A DNA stretch of 64,000 nucleotides from Caecitellus pseudoparvulus (GCA_965644315.1 CBFFRQ010000075.1:1-64000), one strand, 5' to 3'. Shown: positions 47,819 through 59,999, counted from the first letter of the stretch. Program-made: numbers and translations. The notes: a model not told the origin generated them from the sequence alone.

Positions 47819-49343
47819 ATGGACGAATTTGGGCGGGCCTTGCCACCCGGCCAGCACGCTCACCGGCGGGAGCGGAGCCCTCCTCCACGCCCACGCACAT
47901 ATTCTGCAGGTGCTGAACACGTCACACCCGGGGGATCTCAGGCCCGGTGGCAGCACAGCGCGCCGCAAAGTAGCGGCACAGACAGACACACGCGAGACCA
48001 CCACCGACGGTATGAAGATGAAGGTGGGTGGCGGCACTCACGAGAAGACCGCTCAGAGCAGCACAGAGGGGGCAGTGGGGTGCGACAATCTGACTCTCGA
48101 TACCAGGAGGGCAATGTGTCCAGGCGCCGCGGCGGATATGATGCTGGCGAGCGTGGGTGGGAAGGCGGCCCACGGCAGCGAGGGGACGGCGAGCGTGGGT
48201 GGGAAGGTGGCCCACGGCAGCGAGGGGACGGCGAGCGTGGGTGGGAAGGCGGCCCACGGCAGCGAGGGGACGGCGAGCGTGGGTGGGAGGGCGGCCCACG
48301 GCAGCGAGGGGACGGCGAGCGTGGGTGGGAGGGCGGCCCACGGCAGCGAGGGGACGGCGAGCGTGGGTGGGAAGGTGGGCGTCGATGGTCCAGAGAGAAG
48401 GGCCGGGAGTTCAGGGAAGATGAAGAGGAAGCCTTGCCCAGTGCCCGCCACTCTGGCGTGGTGTCCAGCGTGCTGCGCCAGGGGTGTCTGCAAGACGGCG
48501 TGTGCCACGCAGACGTGCATGCAGTGTGGCGGGGCGTGCCTGGGTTCCGCGTGGCCACACTGCACGAGGGCTCAGGGCCCAGCATGCCCCCCTTCGCTGT
48601 CTTGTCATTCTCAGATGCCGACATGGCCATGCGTGCCTTGAGTGCAGCTTTGCAGCCGGGCTCGCAGTTGCACGAGGCAGCGAGGCGGCTGCAGGTGCCT
48701 GGCAACCGGGCCCTGCGCATTACACCACACAAGCCCGAGGACGGTGACGCGCCTGCTGCGAAGACTAGCGTTGGGCGGGCCAACTCCGTCCCAGCCAAGT
48801 TCGACCCACAGGCCCAGGCGCCGTACGTCTTTGACAGCACCACTGGCATGTTTTGGGATGGCCAGCGGGGGTGGTTCGCCTGTCCCAGGGGGCGCACCGT
48901 GTACTACTTGCACCACGCCAGCCAGCAACTGTGCACCTTTAACGGCATCGATTTTGTGCCCTTCACCCCCCCTCCCCCGTCAGAGCAACCGCCCGCGGTG
49001 GTGCTGCAAGCTGGCACGCCAGGGTCAGACGCTCTGCCTCTCGCAGATCCTACAGGTACCCAGCGGGAGCTGAGGTGCAAAGGCTCGGGCTTCATCGTCC
49101 AGCGCAAGCGTGGGGTGCTCCTGTGTGCAGTAAGTATGCTGCCTGCTTTTGCGTGAGATGGAGGGCGCACACTGCATTCCTTTCTCCCACGCTTCGCAGC
49201 TGTGCAGGCGGCGCTTCAGACGCGCGGATACCCTGAAGGACCACCTCTTGACCTCCCCGCTGCACGCTGCGAATGTCAAACTTGTGAAGAACTTTGCCAT
49301 CAAGGCAGGGGAGGCGGGAGCAGCGCCTTCGGGCGGCGTGTAG
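47819..49343 (+). CDS. RBM5/RBM10-like RNA-binding protein (degenerate RRM, OCRE, C2H2 zinc finger)
   Basis: ATG 47819. OCRE-like PYVFDSTTGMFWDGQRGWF. Intron 49130-49199 assembles CALCRRRF..LKDHLLTSPLHAANV. Confidence 0.65.
48146..48378 (+). repeat. 42-bp coding repeat GERGWEGGPRQRGD x5.5
   Basis: Units start at 48146, 48188, 48230, 48272, 48314 and 48356. Confidence 0.95.
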
Positions 49344-49557
49344 CAGGTCTCGCAACGCAGCGTTCCCTGAACCGGGCTGGGGAAGGGGGGCACAGAAGCC
49401 ACAGAGTGGGGATACAGCACACAAAGTATGTGCATCAATGGGCCACTTCACAAATACCATCACTGTTTCCTGCCCCCACCGCGTCTTGCCAAACGCCGCA
49501 CCACACTGCACACCAGCCTTTGACGTCAGAGCTCCCCACGTGTCACCCACCATCACC

Positions 49558-50259
49558 ATGGCTGCCGAGTCGGAAGTTGAGATCATGTCCACGACCATGA
49601 GCACCGGGCAGAAGCGGTTCTACTTCAACCTGAAGCAGAATGCCCGCGGGCGATTTCTGAAGGTGAGCCAGTTGCGGCAGTGCACCTGACTGATCTGACC
49701 GTGTGCCGAGCACGGCTCTGCCTCAACGCACTGCACAGGTCGCTGAAGTGGGGAGCCGGGGCCGAAGCACCATTATCATCCCTGAGAGGTGTGTGCCCTG
49801 TGTCCGCGGCTGGTTCACTGAGCCCAGCGTGCTGCGCACCAAACGCCGCAGGTGGCCGGGGCCCCACTGACCGCTCCTCCCCCCCCCCGCAGTGGCTGGG
49901 CTGAGTTCCGGGACATGCTGGACTCCTTCGTGGACGAGAGTGCGACGGAAGGCGTTGCTCTGCCCCCACGCCCCAAGCCAGTGGAGAAGGAGGAGACAGA
50001 GTCCTCTGGCCTTCAGGTGTGGGCTGAGGGACTGCCTTGGGAGACGACAGAGACGGAGCTGCTGCCCTACTTCCAGCAGCACGGCCTTGTCGAGAAGTGC
50101 ACCATCAACAGAACTCGGGACGGCCGCAGCCGTGGCACGGCCACCGTGCGTTTCACAGACGCAGAGTCTGCAGACGCCGCCATCCGGGAGCTGAACGGCA
50201 TCGAAATCGGCACAGAGAACAAGCGCAAGATGTACGTGCGGCTGGACCGATACGCGTGA
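49558..50259 (+). CDS. Single PUR (Pur-alpha) repeat + RRM protein
   Basis: Exons 49558-49662, 49739-49788 and 49893-50259 give KRFYFNLKQNARGRFLKVAEV..RSTIIIPESGWAEFRDML (PUR). An RRM follows (VWAEGLPW, RSRGTATVRF, AAIRELNG). Confidence 0.8.
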
Positions 50260-50287
50260 GAGACGCAGGGTAGCAATGCATTGCCTA

Positions 50288-51340
50288 TCAGCGCCGGCGG
50301 CCGCCTTGCTCACGCTGGATGGCTTCAATTTCGGCCCGCAGGATTGCTTGCTGTGAGCAGTACTTGCGCCAGGTTGACTCTGTCAAGCCGTAGTTGAAGT
50401 AGTCAGACAAGTCAGCGCCCTGGTTGCGCCAGGGCCGTTCCTGCAGGTCCTCGTCGCAGTGTGCGAAGAGGTCCCGCTCGTTGTGCGGGGCCCGTGCATC
50501 CGCAGGCAATACGATGCCCAGGCTGGACATCCACTTGCCATCTGGCATGCGGCTGGGGCCCGGCGGCGCCGAGTGCTGCGCAGCAGCTGCCCTGCGTGCC
50601 GCCAACACGCTCTGTAAGTTGCTGGACAGCCCCGCATGGCTCCAAGCACTCGTCCGGCCGCCGTCCTGCCCCGCCAGTGCCGCTGCTGTGCGGCGCCCCA
50701 TCACCGCCATGTCGTCGTCGTCACCTTGCAAGAACACGTCGTCCGCGCGGTCAGACGAGTTGTGAGAGGAAAACACCACGCGGCGCGCCGCCAGCGTCGT
50801 CGGGTCGCCGTCCTGTGCCAGCAACACGTCGTCGCCGAGGAAGGCGAGTGTGGAGGGCGGGCGACAAGCCTCCACCTGCTGCTGCACCTTGACAGCCTCC
50901 TCATCGGCACCTGCTTCGAGGGAGGTGTCGCCCTCCTCGCCATCACCCCCCTCTTTCGTTTCCTTGCCGTCCTCCGCCTCTGCGACGGGGGCAGCGGCAG
51001 CCGCCGCCTCAGCAGCCCGCACGGCATCCCAGGCTGCGCTGGTATCGGTCAACTTCTTGGCGTAGGCCAAGCTGGAGTACCACCCTGGCACCACCGGCAG
51101 CGCAAGCTCTTCTCCTTCCCTCGGTGCCACCAGGCACTGCTCGGGCGAGATGTGGACAAGGTGGTCAGGGCGTTGAAAGTGCTGGGCCGTGCCTGCCATC
51201 ATGCGGAAGTTGACTTGGCTGTGCCACGCGCCCGCACGCGCCTGCCACACCTCCTTTCCCTGGCCTGACGAATGAGGGTGGTGTGGATGTGAAGCTGGCC
51301 GGGAGTATCAGCTTCTCGCCTGCACCTTTGTTGGTGGCAT
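50288..51340 (-). CDS. FIP1: Pre-mRNA 3'-processing factor FIP1-like
   Basis: Fip1 motif ERPWRNQGADLSDYFNYGLTESTWRKYC. The start (MPPTK plus a short intron) is uncertain. Confidence 0.75.
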
Positions 51341-51575
51341 GTTGAGAGTGCGCCGGGCACGGGCATTGCTTGCGCTGGCCTGCCCCCCTCGCCGACGCAG
51401 TGTGGCTCTTGGGCCAAGGAAGCCTGAGTGGAGAGAGCAGTAGTGCCAAACACGAGAGTACGACACAATCTCACCAATTTCGGTGCCTTGCCACTCCTCT
51501 TGCAGCACTGGACTCGCTGTGCAGGCCTGACCAGGCTGTCGTGGTTGCGTTTCGCAGTTGCGTTTCACACAAGCC

Positions 51576-52429
51576 ATGGCGCACCTGCTGTTGGACCCTC
51601 AGATCCGCGACTGGGTGCTCATCCCCCTGTGCATCATCATTACCCTGGTGCAGGTACTGAGGACGTATTTGCTGCAGTATGTCAAGTCCACAAACGCCGC
51701 TGAGGTCGAGGAGGTGGAACAGAAGTGCGTGTGTTGCAGGCCAGGTGTGGCTCGCCCAGGCTCACGGGCAGGCCTGCTTCCTTCACAGGGCCCTCGTCGC
51801 GCGAGCCCAGCGGTCCCGAGTCCTGGGTGGCTTGCTGTCTAAGAGCTCCTTCGACAACCGCAAGGTGCGTGGTGGCCGCGCGCGGCAAGCCCCCGACGCT
51901 TCACGCGGCACTCGCGCTGGCCCACCCGCAGGAATTCTTCGGGACCCACGCACTCAGTGTCAAGGCACGAGCACCATTCAAAAACCCCATGGCCTCCATG
52001 GATGGCATGAAGACCCAAGTGGCTTTCATGGCCACCAACTACGGCATGGGGTACTGGACACAGGCGTTCTTCTCTGGCTTTGTCCTGGTGCGCATGCCCT
52101 TCCCCCTCACCACTCGCTTCAAGCAGATGACGCAGAGCGACCTGGCTCTAGCCACTCTGGACACTTCCTTTGTCTCTTCCCTGTCCTGGTACATGATTGT
52201 GCTGTACGGCATCCGCACCTTGGTCATGCTGGCCATGGGCAACTCTTCCTCCGACGCCATGGACGAGGCCAAGATGATGCAGATGCAGATGGGCATGGGA
52301 GCTGGTGCCAGTCCCCAGTGGGACCCAAACTCCGCATACAAGGCGGAGCGCACCAACTACGAGTTGGCGCAGTACACGGACTTGCTGGCGGCGTCGGAGC
52401 AGGAGCTGCTGAAGCAGGTGCGAGGGTGA
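51576..52429 (+). CDS. EMC3: ER membrane protein complex subunit 3
   Basis: LLLDPQIRDWVLIP, FFSGFVLVRMPFPLTTRFKQM and LDTSFVSSLSWY. Introns at about 51725-51788 and 51865-51931. Confidence 0.93.
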
Positions 52430-52574
52430 AGGGCTCCTCACACAGCCACTGCAGCAATCCAAAACCATGTGTAGCAGATGCCACACCCCAGGTTGTCGCG
52501 CTCTTGCCTGCGGTTGCACCTGCCCCTCCTCGCTTCGGCGGGAGCACGAGTTATTCAAGCCACCAGCAGCTGCC

Positions 52575-54123
52575 ATGGGCGCGGAGCTGTCCACGGATGT
52601 GAGCGCCATCCCAGAGGAGGAACGCCGAGCTGTGCTCGACATGGACATCAGCATGACAGCCATTGTGAAGCTCCTCTCAGGGCCGCAGCCTGTGAGAAAT
52701 GTCGTCGCCATCGCCGGTGAGCAGCACTTGCCTCAAGTGATGTGTCTTCAGCACCAAGTTCCGCAAGCTACCCGCTGCCGCCTGCCTCCCCACAGGCGCC
52801 GGACTGAGTTGTGCTGCAGGTATTCCAGACTTCCGGTGAGAGTGGTAGCCTGTTGTTGGCATGCCCGGGCTGCAGGCTCGCCCTGCGTCTCTACACGCCG
52901 CCGCCGCCGCCCCCCTTTGTCGCAGCACGCCTGGCACTGGGCTTTATGACAACCTTGAGAAGTACGACCTTCCATACCCCGAGGCAGTGTTTGATATTGC
53001 CTTCTTCAAGAAGCAGCCCAGGCCCTTCTTTGAGCTCGCACGGGCCATCCACCCAGGCGGCGCGAATCTAAAGCCCACTCTGGCGCACTACTTCCTGGCT
53101 CTGCTGCACCGGCGCGGGCAACTGCGCCGCATGTACACGCAGAACATCGACACGCTGGAGCGGCGGGCAGGTATGCCTCCTGACGTGTTGGTGGAGGCGC
53201 ACGGCAGCTTCGCCAGTGGCACCTGCCTGTCTTGCGGGGCCCACGCGAGTGGGGAGGAGGTGCAGGCCAGCATCTTTTGCGACGTCCACGAGGCGGTGGA
53301 CATCGTGCCGCGCTGCTCAGCATGTGGCACTGGAGTGGTGAAGCCGGACATCGTCTTCTTCGGGGAGGACCTTCCTGAGCGCTTCCACGCGCTTGCCCGG
53401 GCAGACATGCAGGCGGCTGACTTGGTGCTGGTGCTGGGCTCCAGCTTGCAAGTCATGCCCATGTCCGACCTGCACCGGCAAGCCTCTCCCACCTGCCCCC
53501 GGGTGCTCATCAACCGGGAGCCGGCAGGGGAGGAGGTGGTGGTGGATGATGCCACCCTTGAGAGCCTGTCCCCTGCCCAAGTGGCCCGCATCTTGCACGG
53601 GCACAGCCAGGGCGGCTTCCGTTTCAAGGCGGCTGACAACTACCGTGACGTGTTCTTGCAGGGGGACTGTGATGACACCGTGCGGGCACTCGCTGACGCC
53701 TGTGGGTGGCTGCCAGACCTGCTGGAACTGGAGGCAGCCGGCAACGCAGCGCTGGACGCAGCAGCCGCCGCCAAGGCGGGGAAACTGGACTCCACGCCAG
53801 CCCCCCAAGGTGCGGCATTGCCAGGCGATGCACCGGCGCCACCCAGCGAAGCTGCTGGCAGTGGACAGGACGGGGCGGCCACGCCCAGTAGCGCGCCACG
53901 TGAGCCGTACTACACGGGCCTGCTAGGTGAGGTGCAGGGCGGCGCCCGGCAGGCGGCAGAGGGCAGCGCCACTGCGCCTGCCGGCAGCGAGGCGCGGGAG
54001 GTGGAGGTGTCGGCGGCTGTGCAGGAGGTGGAGGGCATGTGGAGCCGGAGTGCGGGAGGGGCGGGGGGCATTCTGCAGGATGCCCTGGAGGCTGTGGGGG
54101 GAGATGTCGACGAAGAGCCGTGA
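52575..54123 (+). CDS. NAD-dependent deacetylase, class I sirtuin (SIRT2/3-like)
   Basis: Two introns assemble GAGLSCAAGIPDFRTPGTGLY. Further motifs: YTQNIDTLE, VEAHGS, CxxC...CxxC, KPDIVFFGE, GSSLQV, INRE. Confidence 0.92.
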
Positions 54124-54266
54124 AGTCCCAGCCACAGGCGCAGCACGCCGCCCCCCAGCAGCACGCAGTGCTAACCAGGCAAGACGCAGCAAATCCCATC
54201 CGCCAAGCCAGCAGCACTGTGTAGATGGCTGTGGTACGGGCAGGGGAGTGAGTGGGGGGCAGCAAC

Positions 54267-55266
54267 ATGGCAGCAGCTGCCGAGACAGGGCAATCTGGCC
54301 GTACCTGCACCTTTGTCGTCATTCGCCATGGACAGACGGTGGGTGCTCCATGCGGAAATCGCTCTTGCATGCCGGCAAGTTTCCCGGCGTTTGCTCCCTC
54401 CTCAGGGCTGGAACGCGGCCAAGCAGCTGCAAGGCTTTGTGAATTCATCCCTCACGTTGACTGGCAAAGAACAAGCAGCGAGTGCTGGCGCCTTTGTTGC
54501 AGAGCAGTACCCGACCCTGACCAAGGTCTACTCGTCAGACTTGAAGCGTGCCGCCGACACGGCTGCCGCCGTCGCTAGCGCATGCGGAGTGGAGCGGCCG
54601 ACGTTGGACAGCCGTCTGCGAGAAGTGAACTTGGGCTGTGTCCAGGGCCAAAGCTGGGTGCAAGTGCAGGAGCAGCTGGACCCGGCGGTGGACGCGTTTC
54701 ACCAGGACTGCCGCGTGCCCATTCCGGGCGGTGAGAGCAACGTGGCCAAGTACGCCCGCATCACGGCAGCCTTGGCGGACATTGCGCGGGCACATGCTGG
54801 GGAGACGGTGGCAGTGGTGGCCCACGGCGGGGTCGTGCGAGACATTCAGCGCGCGGCACTGGGCAAGCCCCTCCACCAGCACATCACCGGCCGCATCCCC
54901 AATGCCTGCATCAGCGAGTTCTCGCTGGAGCCTCATGCCGAGCCAAAGTGCATGCCAGTGAAAGACCCCGTCACGTACAGTGACGTGGTGCCCCATGGTG
55001 TGGCCATGTGCAGGCAGGCGTACGCTGCGAGGGGGCATGTGCAGCCCACAGACACGGGCAATGCCCGCGTGCACGGTGTGTATGTGCTGGCCCCCACGCC
55101 AGCCCTGGAGGCGGTGGTGATCCCACTCAGTGCAGAGCAGATGACAGCGGAGGGGGGGGGCAGTGAGGCAGGCGCGGCAGTGGTGGAGCACAGCGCCCTG
55201 GCTCGGCTGGGAGCCTTCACCTGCGTCTCCTTCGGCTTGACGAAGCACTTGGTCACGGTCACCTGA
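54267..55266 (+). CDS. Histidine phosphatase / phosphoglycerate-mutase family protein
   Basis: VVIRHGQT-(intron)-GWN..LQG, SSDLKRAADTA, LREVNLG, GGES and VVAHGG. Confidence 0.88.
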
Positions 55267-55482
55267 CGCGCACTGCAGAGTCCGATCACCAGCCCGGGGC
55301 CCGGCCCAAAACACGCGCTGCGCCCAGGCTGTGACTACCTGCTTTGAGGGCGCTGTCTGGCTGAATGCATCTCTTGGCCCGCCCAGAGCCCTCTTGAGCA
55401 GACGGCATCCGCGTCGCATGCAGTGCCTGGACATCGCCAGGTCCACACGGGCTGCGAGGCCGCGCAAGGCGCAGCACGTGCC

Positions 55483-58400
55483 ATGGAGGCTGGGGTGGAG
55501 GCAGTACAGGAGCTGTTGCAAGTATCCCAATCGACGACGGCCCTTCCCCTCCTGCAGCAACATGGCGGGGCTGTGTGTGGCTCTTCGCCCACGTCGCAGC
55601 GACACACACTTTCACTGTCTCAAGGGGCACCCGCCAGGCAGCAGGTCATCACGCCCATGCACGCCTCACACATGATGCACCGCCAAGCGGCAGCTGCCGC
55701 TGCAAAGGCTGCGTTGGAAGGTCGCCAGGCCCAGCGCAGGGCCCGGTTTCCCGTCACGGCTCGGTTACTGGAGCGGCAGCGACAGGCAAAGGCGGCCAAG
55801 CCCGAGCCGCGCCGCACAGGCCGCCATGGCGCTGAGTTGAAGCCCTCTGCCTCAGCCAGCTCACTGGGGCATATGGAGTCTGCACGCCCCCGGCGCCAAC
55901 CCCGCAGGCGACCTGCACCTGACCTGCACCCGTACTCCCCTCTGTCCCGGCGGCAGGCCTCCCGACAACGCGCGCGTGCCCTTGCATCGCGTGACGCTCG
56001 CAGACAACCTGCAGCGCGTGATGCAGCACAGTCACACGCGGAGGCTGACACGGCTGCACCGGCCCGACCGCGGCAGGTTGAAAGGCGCGGGACCGAGGGC
56101 ACTCGCCTTCCCCCCTCCGCGCCTCGGGCACTGCTGGGCTTCCAGCGCACCCTTAGTCGAGCTCTACAAGGACCCTGCCTGCCATCTTTCGCGCCTTCCT
56201 CCTCTGCTCCCTCCCCCCTGCGGGGCAGCGTGCGCAGCAAGGGGCTGGACGACCCGGCAGGCTCCGTGGTGGGCGGGTTCACGCCGCACATGGCTCTGGG
56301 CAGCGCCATCGCCCAGCGGGAGTGGCGGGCTGCCCACCACGGACCACGTGGCACAGCACCCCATGACGCAGAGGAGTCACACCCCGCCCGCCCAGATCCG
56401 CCGCAGGCCGAGGAAGCAGGCGAGGACGCCACACCCCGCCTGGCGTCGCCCGTCGCTGGCCGCACACCTGCGTGCTGGGGGGGTGACTGGGACGAGGCGG
56501 CGCACACAGACGCCGCCACTACACCCTCCCCTTCGCGCCGAAAGCTGGGTGTGCACAGGTTCGCCTTGCGCGTGTCGCACTCCGCCCAGAGCCTGCGCAG
56601 TGCCGTGGCAGGGGCGAGGGAGAGCCGGGCGGTGTGGGGCACCCCTGCCTCCCACGGCAAGCGCAGAGCCAGCCCAGGCTGGAGCCTGCCACGCACCGCA
56701 CTAGCGAGTACAAGGAGCACAGCCCGCTCCTCCCCGACAAGTGGGTGGAGTGCCTTGCCCCGTGACGTGCCGAGGCGCCTGCCAGTGGCGACGCCTGTCC
56801 GCAGGCGGCGTGGCACGGACTGCGCTCCCTCGACAGAGGAGGCCACCTGCCAGCCCCACACACACCTGGACTCACCCACCAGTGCACGAAGTAGGAGTGC
56901 TGAGGATGTGCACGCCTGTCCGTCTGACCCTGCCGCGTTGGACTGTTTCCTGGCCAAACTCTCCGTCCCCGCTCTGGAGGCCGCTGCCGGCGAACTGCCG
57001 ACGCTGCCGACGCCAGGCGCTGACGTGGCCGATGGCATGCCCGGCAGCTGCCGCATCTCCCTGCACAGCCAAGGCACCAAGCGCTTCGTGGCAGACGTGG
57101 ATGCTCTGCAGCGCCCCAGCACCGCGAGCTTGGAGGCGCTCAAGCGCGGCGCAGGCGAGCTTGCACGCACCGCCAGTACCACGGCACTGCTCCGTGTGCA
57201 GCCGCCTGCCAACAGCGACGAAGGGTACAGGCGCTCCCTCATTAGCCACATCCTTGCACACAGGACGGGCAGGCAGGTGGAGGAGGCGTTGGCGGTGGTG
57301 CAGCGGCAGGGAGATGACCGAGTGGTACCGTCCCCCTTCACTCACCCGGCGGCAGAGGCGGCTCTCAGAGCGCACGATGAGCACGCAGAGGCGCGGGCAC
57401 GTGCCAGGGCCCGTTGGACTCTGCTGCGGTGGGTGGTGCTGGGGGAGAGTGCGTGGCGTGAGGCGAGGGAGGCAGCCCTGGCAGACCTGGCTCGGGACAT
57501 CGCCCAGGCTGTGGCGGCGGCGGCCGCAGGCAGTGCGGGCGTGCGCAGCGACCTAAGCGAGTCTGACAGCAAGGCCGGGCTGTTGGATGCGGGGTTCAAC
57601 GTGCATGCGGCGGACATCGCCCGCCTGGTGCGCCACCCCCTCCTCCTGGACCGCATGCGGGACGTGCTGGGGGATGCAGGGCGGGACCTGACCCCTGCCC
57701 AGGCACGGGCGCGCCTGGTCCAGGCACTGCACATTAGCCTGGTGCAGGGAGAACTGCCCTCCGTGCGGGAAGCCACCACCCTGGGCGAGCCGAGGGTGAC
57801 ACCCGCCCGCCCCAAGCGAGACGCACGTGGACGTCGCCAGGCCACCGCGCAGCAGCGCCCCACCCACCCAGACGCCATTCCCACACCACAGGTCCTGATG
57901 CAGCGCAGTGTAGATGGGCATGGCCGTGCGTATCCCCCCCACCCGTCCATGATGGTGCAAGCCCACAGACTGCAGCGCCTGGGGTTCCCCGACTCGGACG
58001 CCTTCGACGGGGCGTGGTCCCGGGCCATGCAGCGCTCCACACACGGCGGTGCAGGCAGTGCCATCACCTTTCACTCCGCCATGAGCAGTCTGGAGGCGCT
58101 GCAGGGCTGTGACGTGGGGGACCTGCCGGCGCACCTGCCAAGGCTGCGTCGGCGCGTGGGGCTGCCACCCTTCGCCCGTGTCACCACCATGCACAGGGCG
58201 GCGGCAGAGGCAGGTATTGGCGTGGCGCCTGCGCTGGAAGGTGGGCCACGCCGCCAGCATGACGCCGAAGTGCTTGCCCGCCGCACTATAGCCCTGCTGC
58301 TGGGCCGGGCGGGCCAGGACATCAGCTACGAACTGCGCGCCGGCGGCGGCAGCCTGCCCACCAACGACACGGTGCAGGGGGGGGTGCGCCTGACGCGGGA

Positions 58401-58575
58401 GCCCTACACCCTGCGAGCAGCCGTGTCCGCCGCCGCCGCCGCCGCCCCTCTTGGAGCTGAGAAGGTGGCGCCCAGTGGCGTGCGGAACGAAGGCGCCGGC
58501 CTGGCCGCCCTGCGCGACGTGGAAGCTGCATTGTGGTGGGCTGCACAGCAGAGCAGGGCGCCACAGGGACCCTGA
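55483..58575 (+). CDS. Large hypothetical protein (~1030 aa, Arg/Ala/Pro-rich)
   Basis: Long uninterrupted ORF with ATG in GCCATGG context. No family recognised. Confidence 0.55.
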   Translation: MEAGVEAVQELLQVSQSTTALPLLQQHGGAVCGSSPTSQRHTLSLSQGAPARQQVITPMHASHMMHRQAAAAAAKAALEGRQAQRRARFPVTARLLERQRQAKAAKPEPRRTGRHGAELKPSASASSLGHMESARPRRQPRRRPAPDLHPYSPLSRRQASRQRARALASRDARRQPAARDAAQSHAEADTAAPARPRQVERRGTEGTRLPPSAPRALLGFQRTLSRALQGPCLPSFAPSSSAPSPLRGSVRSKGLDDPAGSVVGGFTPHMALGSAIAQREWRAAHHGPRGTAPHDAEESHPARPDPPQAEEAGEDATPRLASPVAGRTPACWGGDWDEAAHTDAATTPSPSRRKLGVHRFALRVSHSAQSLRSAVAGARESRAVWGTPASHGKRRASPGWSLPRTALASTRSTARSSPTSGWSALPRDVPRRLPVATPVRRRRGTDCAPSTEEATCQPHTHLDSPTSARSRSAEDVHACPSDPAALDCFLAKLSVPALEAAAGELPTLPTPGADVADGMPGSCRISLHSQGTKRFVADVDALQRPSTASLEALKRGAGELARTASTTALLRVQPPANSDEGYRRSLISHILAHRTGRQVEEALAVVQRQGDDRVVPSPFTHPAAEAALRAHDEHAEARARARARWTLLRWVVLGESAWREAREAALADLARDIAQAVAAAAAGSAGVRSDLSESDSKAGLLDAGFNVHAADIARLVRHPLLLDRMRDVLGDAGRDLTPAQARARLVQALHISLVQGELPSVREATTLGEPRVTPARPKRDARGRRQATAQQRPTHPDAIPTPQVLMQRSVDGHGRAYPPHPSMMVQAHRLQRLGFPDSDAFDGAWSRAMQRSTHGGAGSAITFHSAMSSLEALQGCDVGDLPAHLPRLRRRVGLPPFARVTTMHRAAAEAGIGVAPALEGGPRRQHDAEVLARRTIALLLGRAGQDISYELRAGGGSLPTNDTVQGGVRLTREPYTLRAAVSAAAAAAPLGAEKVAPSGVRNEGAGLAALRDVEAALWWAAQQSRAPQGP

Positions 58576-58579
58576 GCCT

Positions 58580-59300
58580 TCATGCCCGGCGCCCCATGTG
58601 CTGGATGTGGGTGTACTGCAGGCGGGCCAGCACGATGAGGAAGGGCAGGTGGGCCCTGGACACCTTCAGCACTCGGCCGCCACCACCGGGCAGCACGGGG
58701 ACGTCTGTGGAGAGGGGGCGCGGCAGCAGGACGCTGTCGGGGCTCTCCGTCGTGTCACTGCGTGGGGACTCTGAGCCTTCGTCTGAGCATGGCGAGGGGC
58801 AGGGCGAGGGGCCACTGCATGCGCCAGCTCGCCCCGCCACCCTGGGAAGGGCCTTGCCTGGCATGCGGCTGCCGGTGTGCAGGGCAGCGCCCCGGCTCCA
58901 CGCAGCAAAGGGCGCGCTGTCAGTGAGGTCCAGGTCTTCAGGCTCCCCCGTCCCTCCACTGGAGCTGTCGTCCCCACCTGCCTCCTCGGCAGGGTCGGGG
59001 TCTCCGTCCGTGAGGGGCGACTCGGCGCAGCGGCGCTTGGGGGCGGGGCTGGCAGGACCTGGGCAGCGCCCGCGCTTGGTGCCACGAGTTCCCGGCTGCC
59101 CCTTGTCTGCTGTCTCTTGCAGCCGAGAGATGAGGTTCAGCACGTGCATATATGCGTCAACCGCCAGTGTGTAAAGTGCTTGTTGAGAGGCCACGCCGGT
59201 CGATGCAGAGAGGCTGCGGGCCAAGTCGAGCTCTGTACGAATGCTGCGGTCAATGAAAAACTCTTGGCACAAGCTGTCCACTGCAGCAGACACCTGCGCA
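58580..59300 (-). CDS. Hypothetical protein, 3' exon (upstream exons unresolved)
   Basis: ORF with an acceptor-like CAG before VSAAVDSLCQEFF and an NLS-like PKRR. The 5' structure is unclear. Confidence 0.35.
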
Positions 59301-59999
59301 AGGGGTGCGTGTGTGTGGTGACGAGTGCTGTGCGGTTTTTGCAGCAGGCAAGTGCGTCGTCTTTCCCCACAGCATCTGCTGGGAAATTGTTCACCAGGGC
59401 GGAAACCGCAGGGCACTCACGGGTTTCAGACCATCATGGCTCTTGGTGCATGCAGAGAAAGACACACTCGGCAGAGGCTTGGGTCGCTTCCGCAGCGCAG
59501 GCCTCACGAGAGGAACTGGCTGCGCAAGGGGTGCTGGAGAGAAAGCGGGACCTGCGAGGGTGGGCAGGGCAGCGCACAATGGGGGGCATGTGGTTGGGAA
59601 CGACCCATGTGCACCTTCGCGTGCTAGCATTCCCTATGAGCCCAGCCCGAGGCGAGCGCAGGAGGCGAAGGGACGAGGTGTGCGGAACTTGTGCTCTGCC
59701 AGGCACGCACCCTCGCACCAAGTGCTTGAAGGCGCAGAACTCGGGCAATGCAGGTGCAGCGGGGGTGTGAGTGGGTCCCCTTCAGTCTCTGAGTCGAAAG
59801 GCAGCCGCAGTTCCGTCGAGAGCAGGTGGGAGGCCTGCAGCTGCTTGCAAACCTCGCCGAACGGACTGGGCGTGGTGGGGTGAGGATCTGGGGAAACGCC
59901 GAAGCGCTCCGGCGCGTGCGCGCATGTCGGCGCAGCACCAGCACAAAGAGGTTGACACGCTGCAGTGGGGGGGGTCGACATAGTGACACTGCGGCCAAA

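Noticed and set aside
51308-51310. In-frame TGA near the FIP1 N-terminus as selenocysteine or readthrough
   Set aside because: A phase-0 GT-AG intron can remove it, there is no redox motif and I saw no SECIS.
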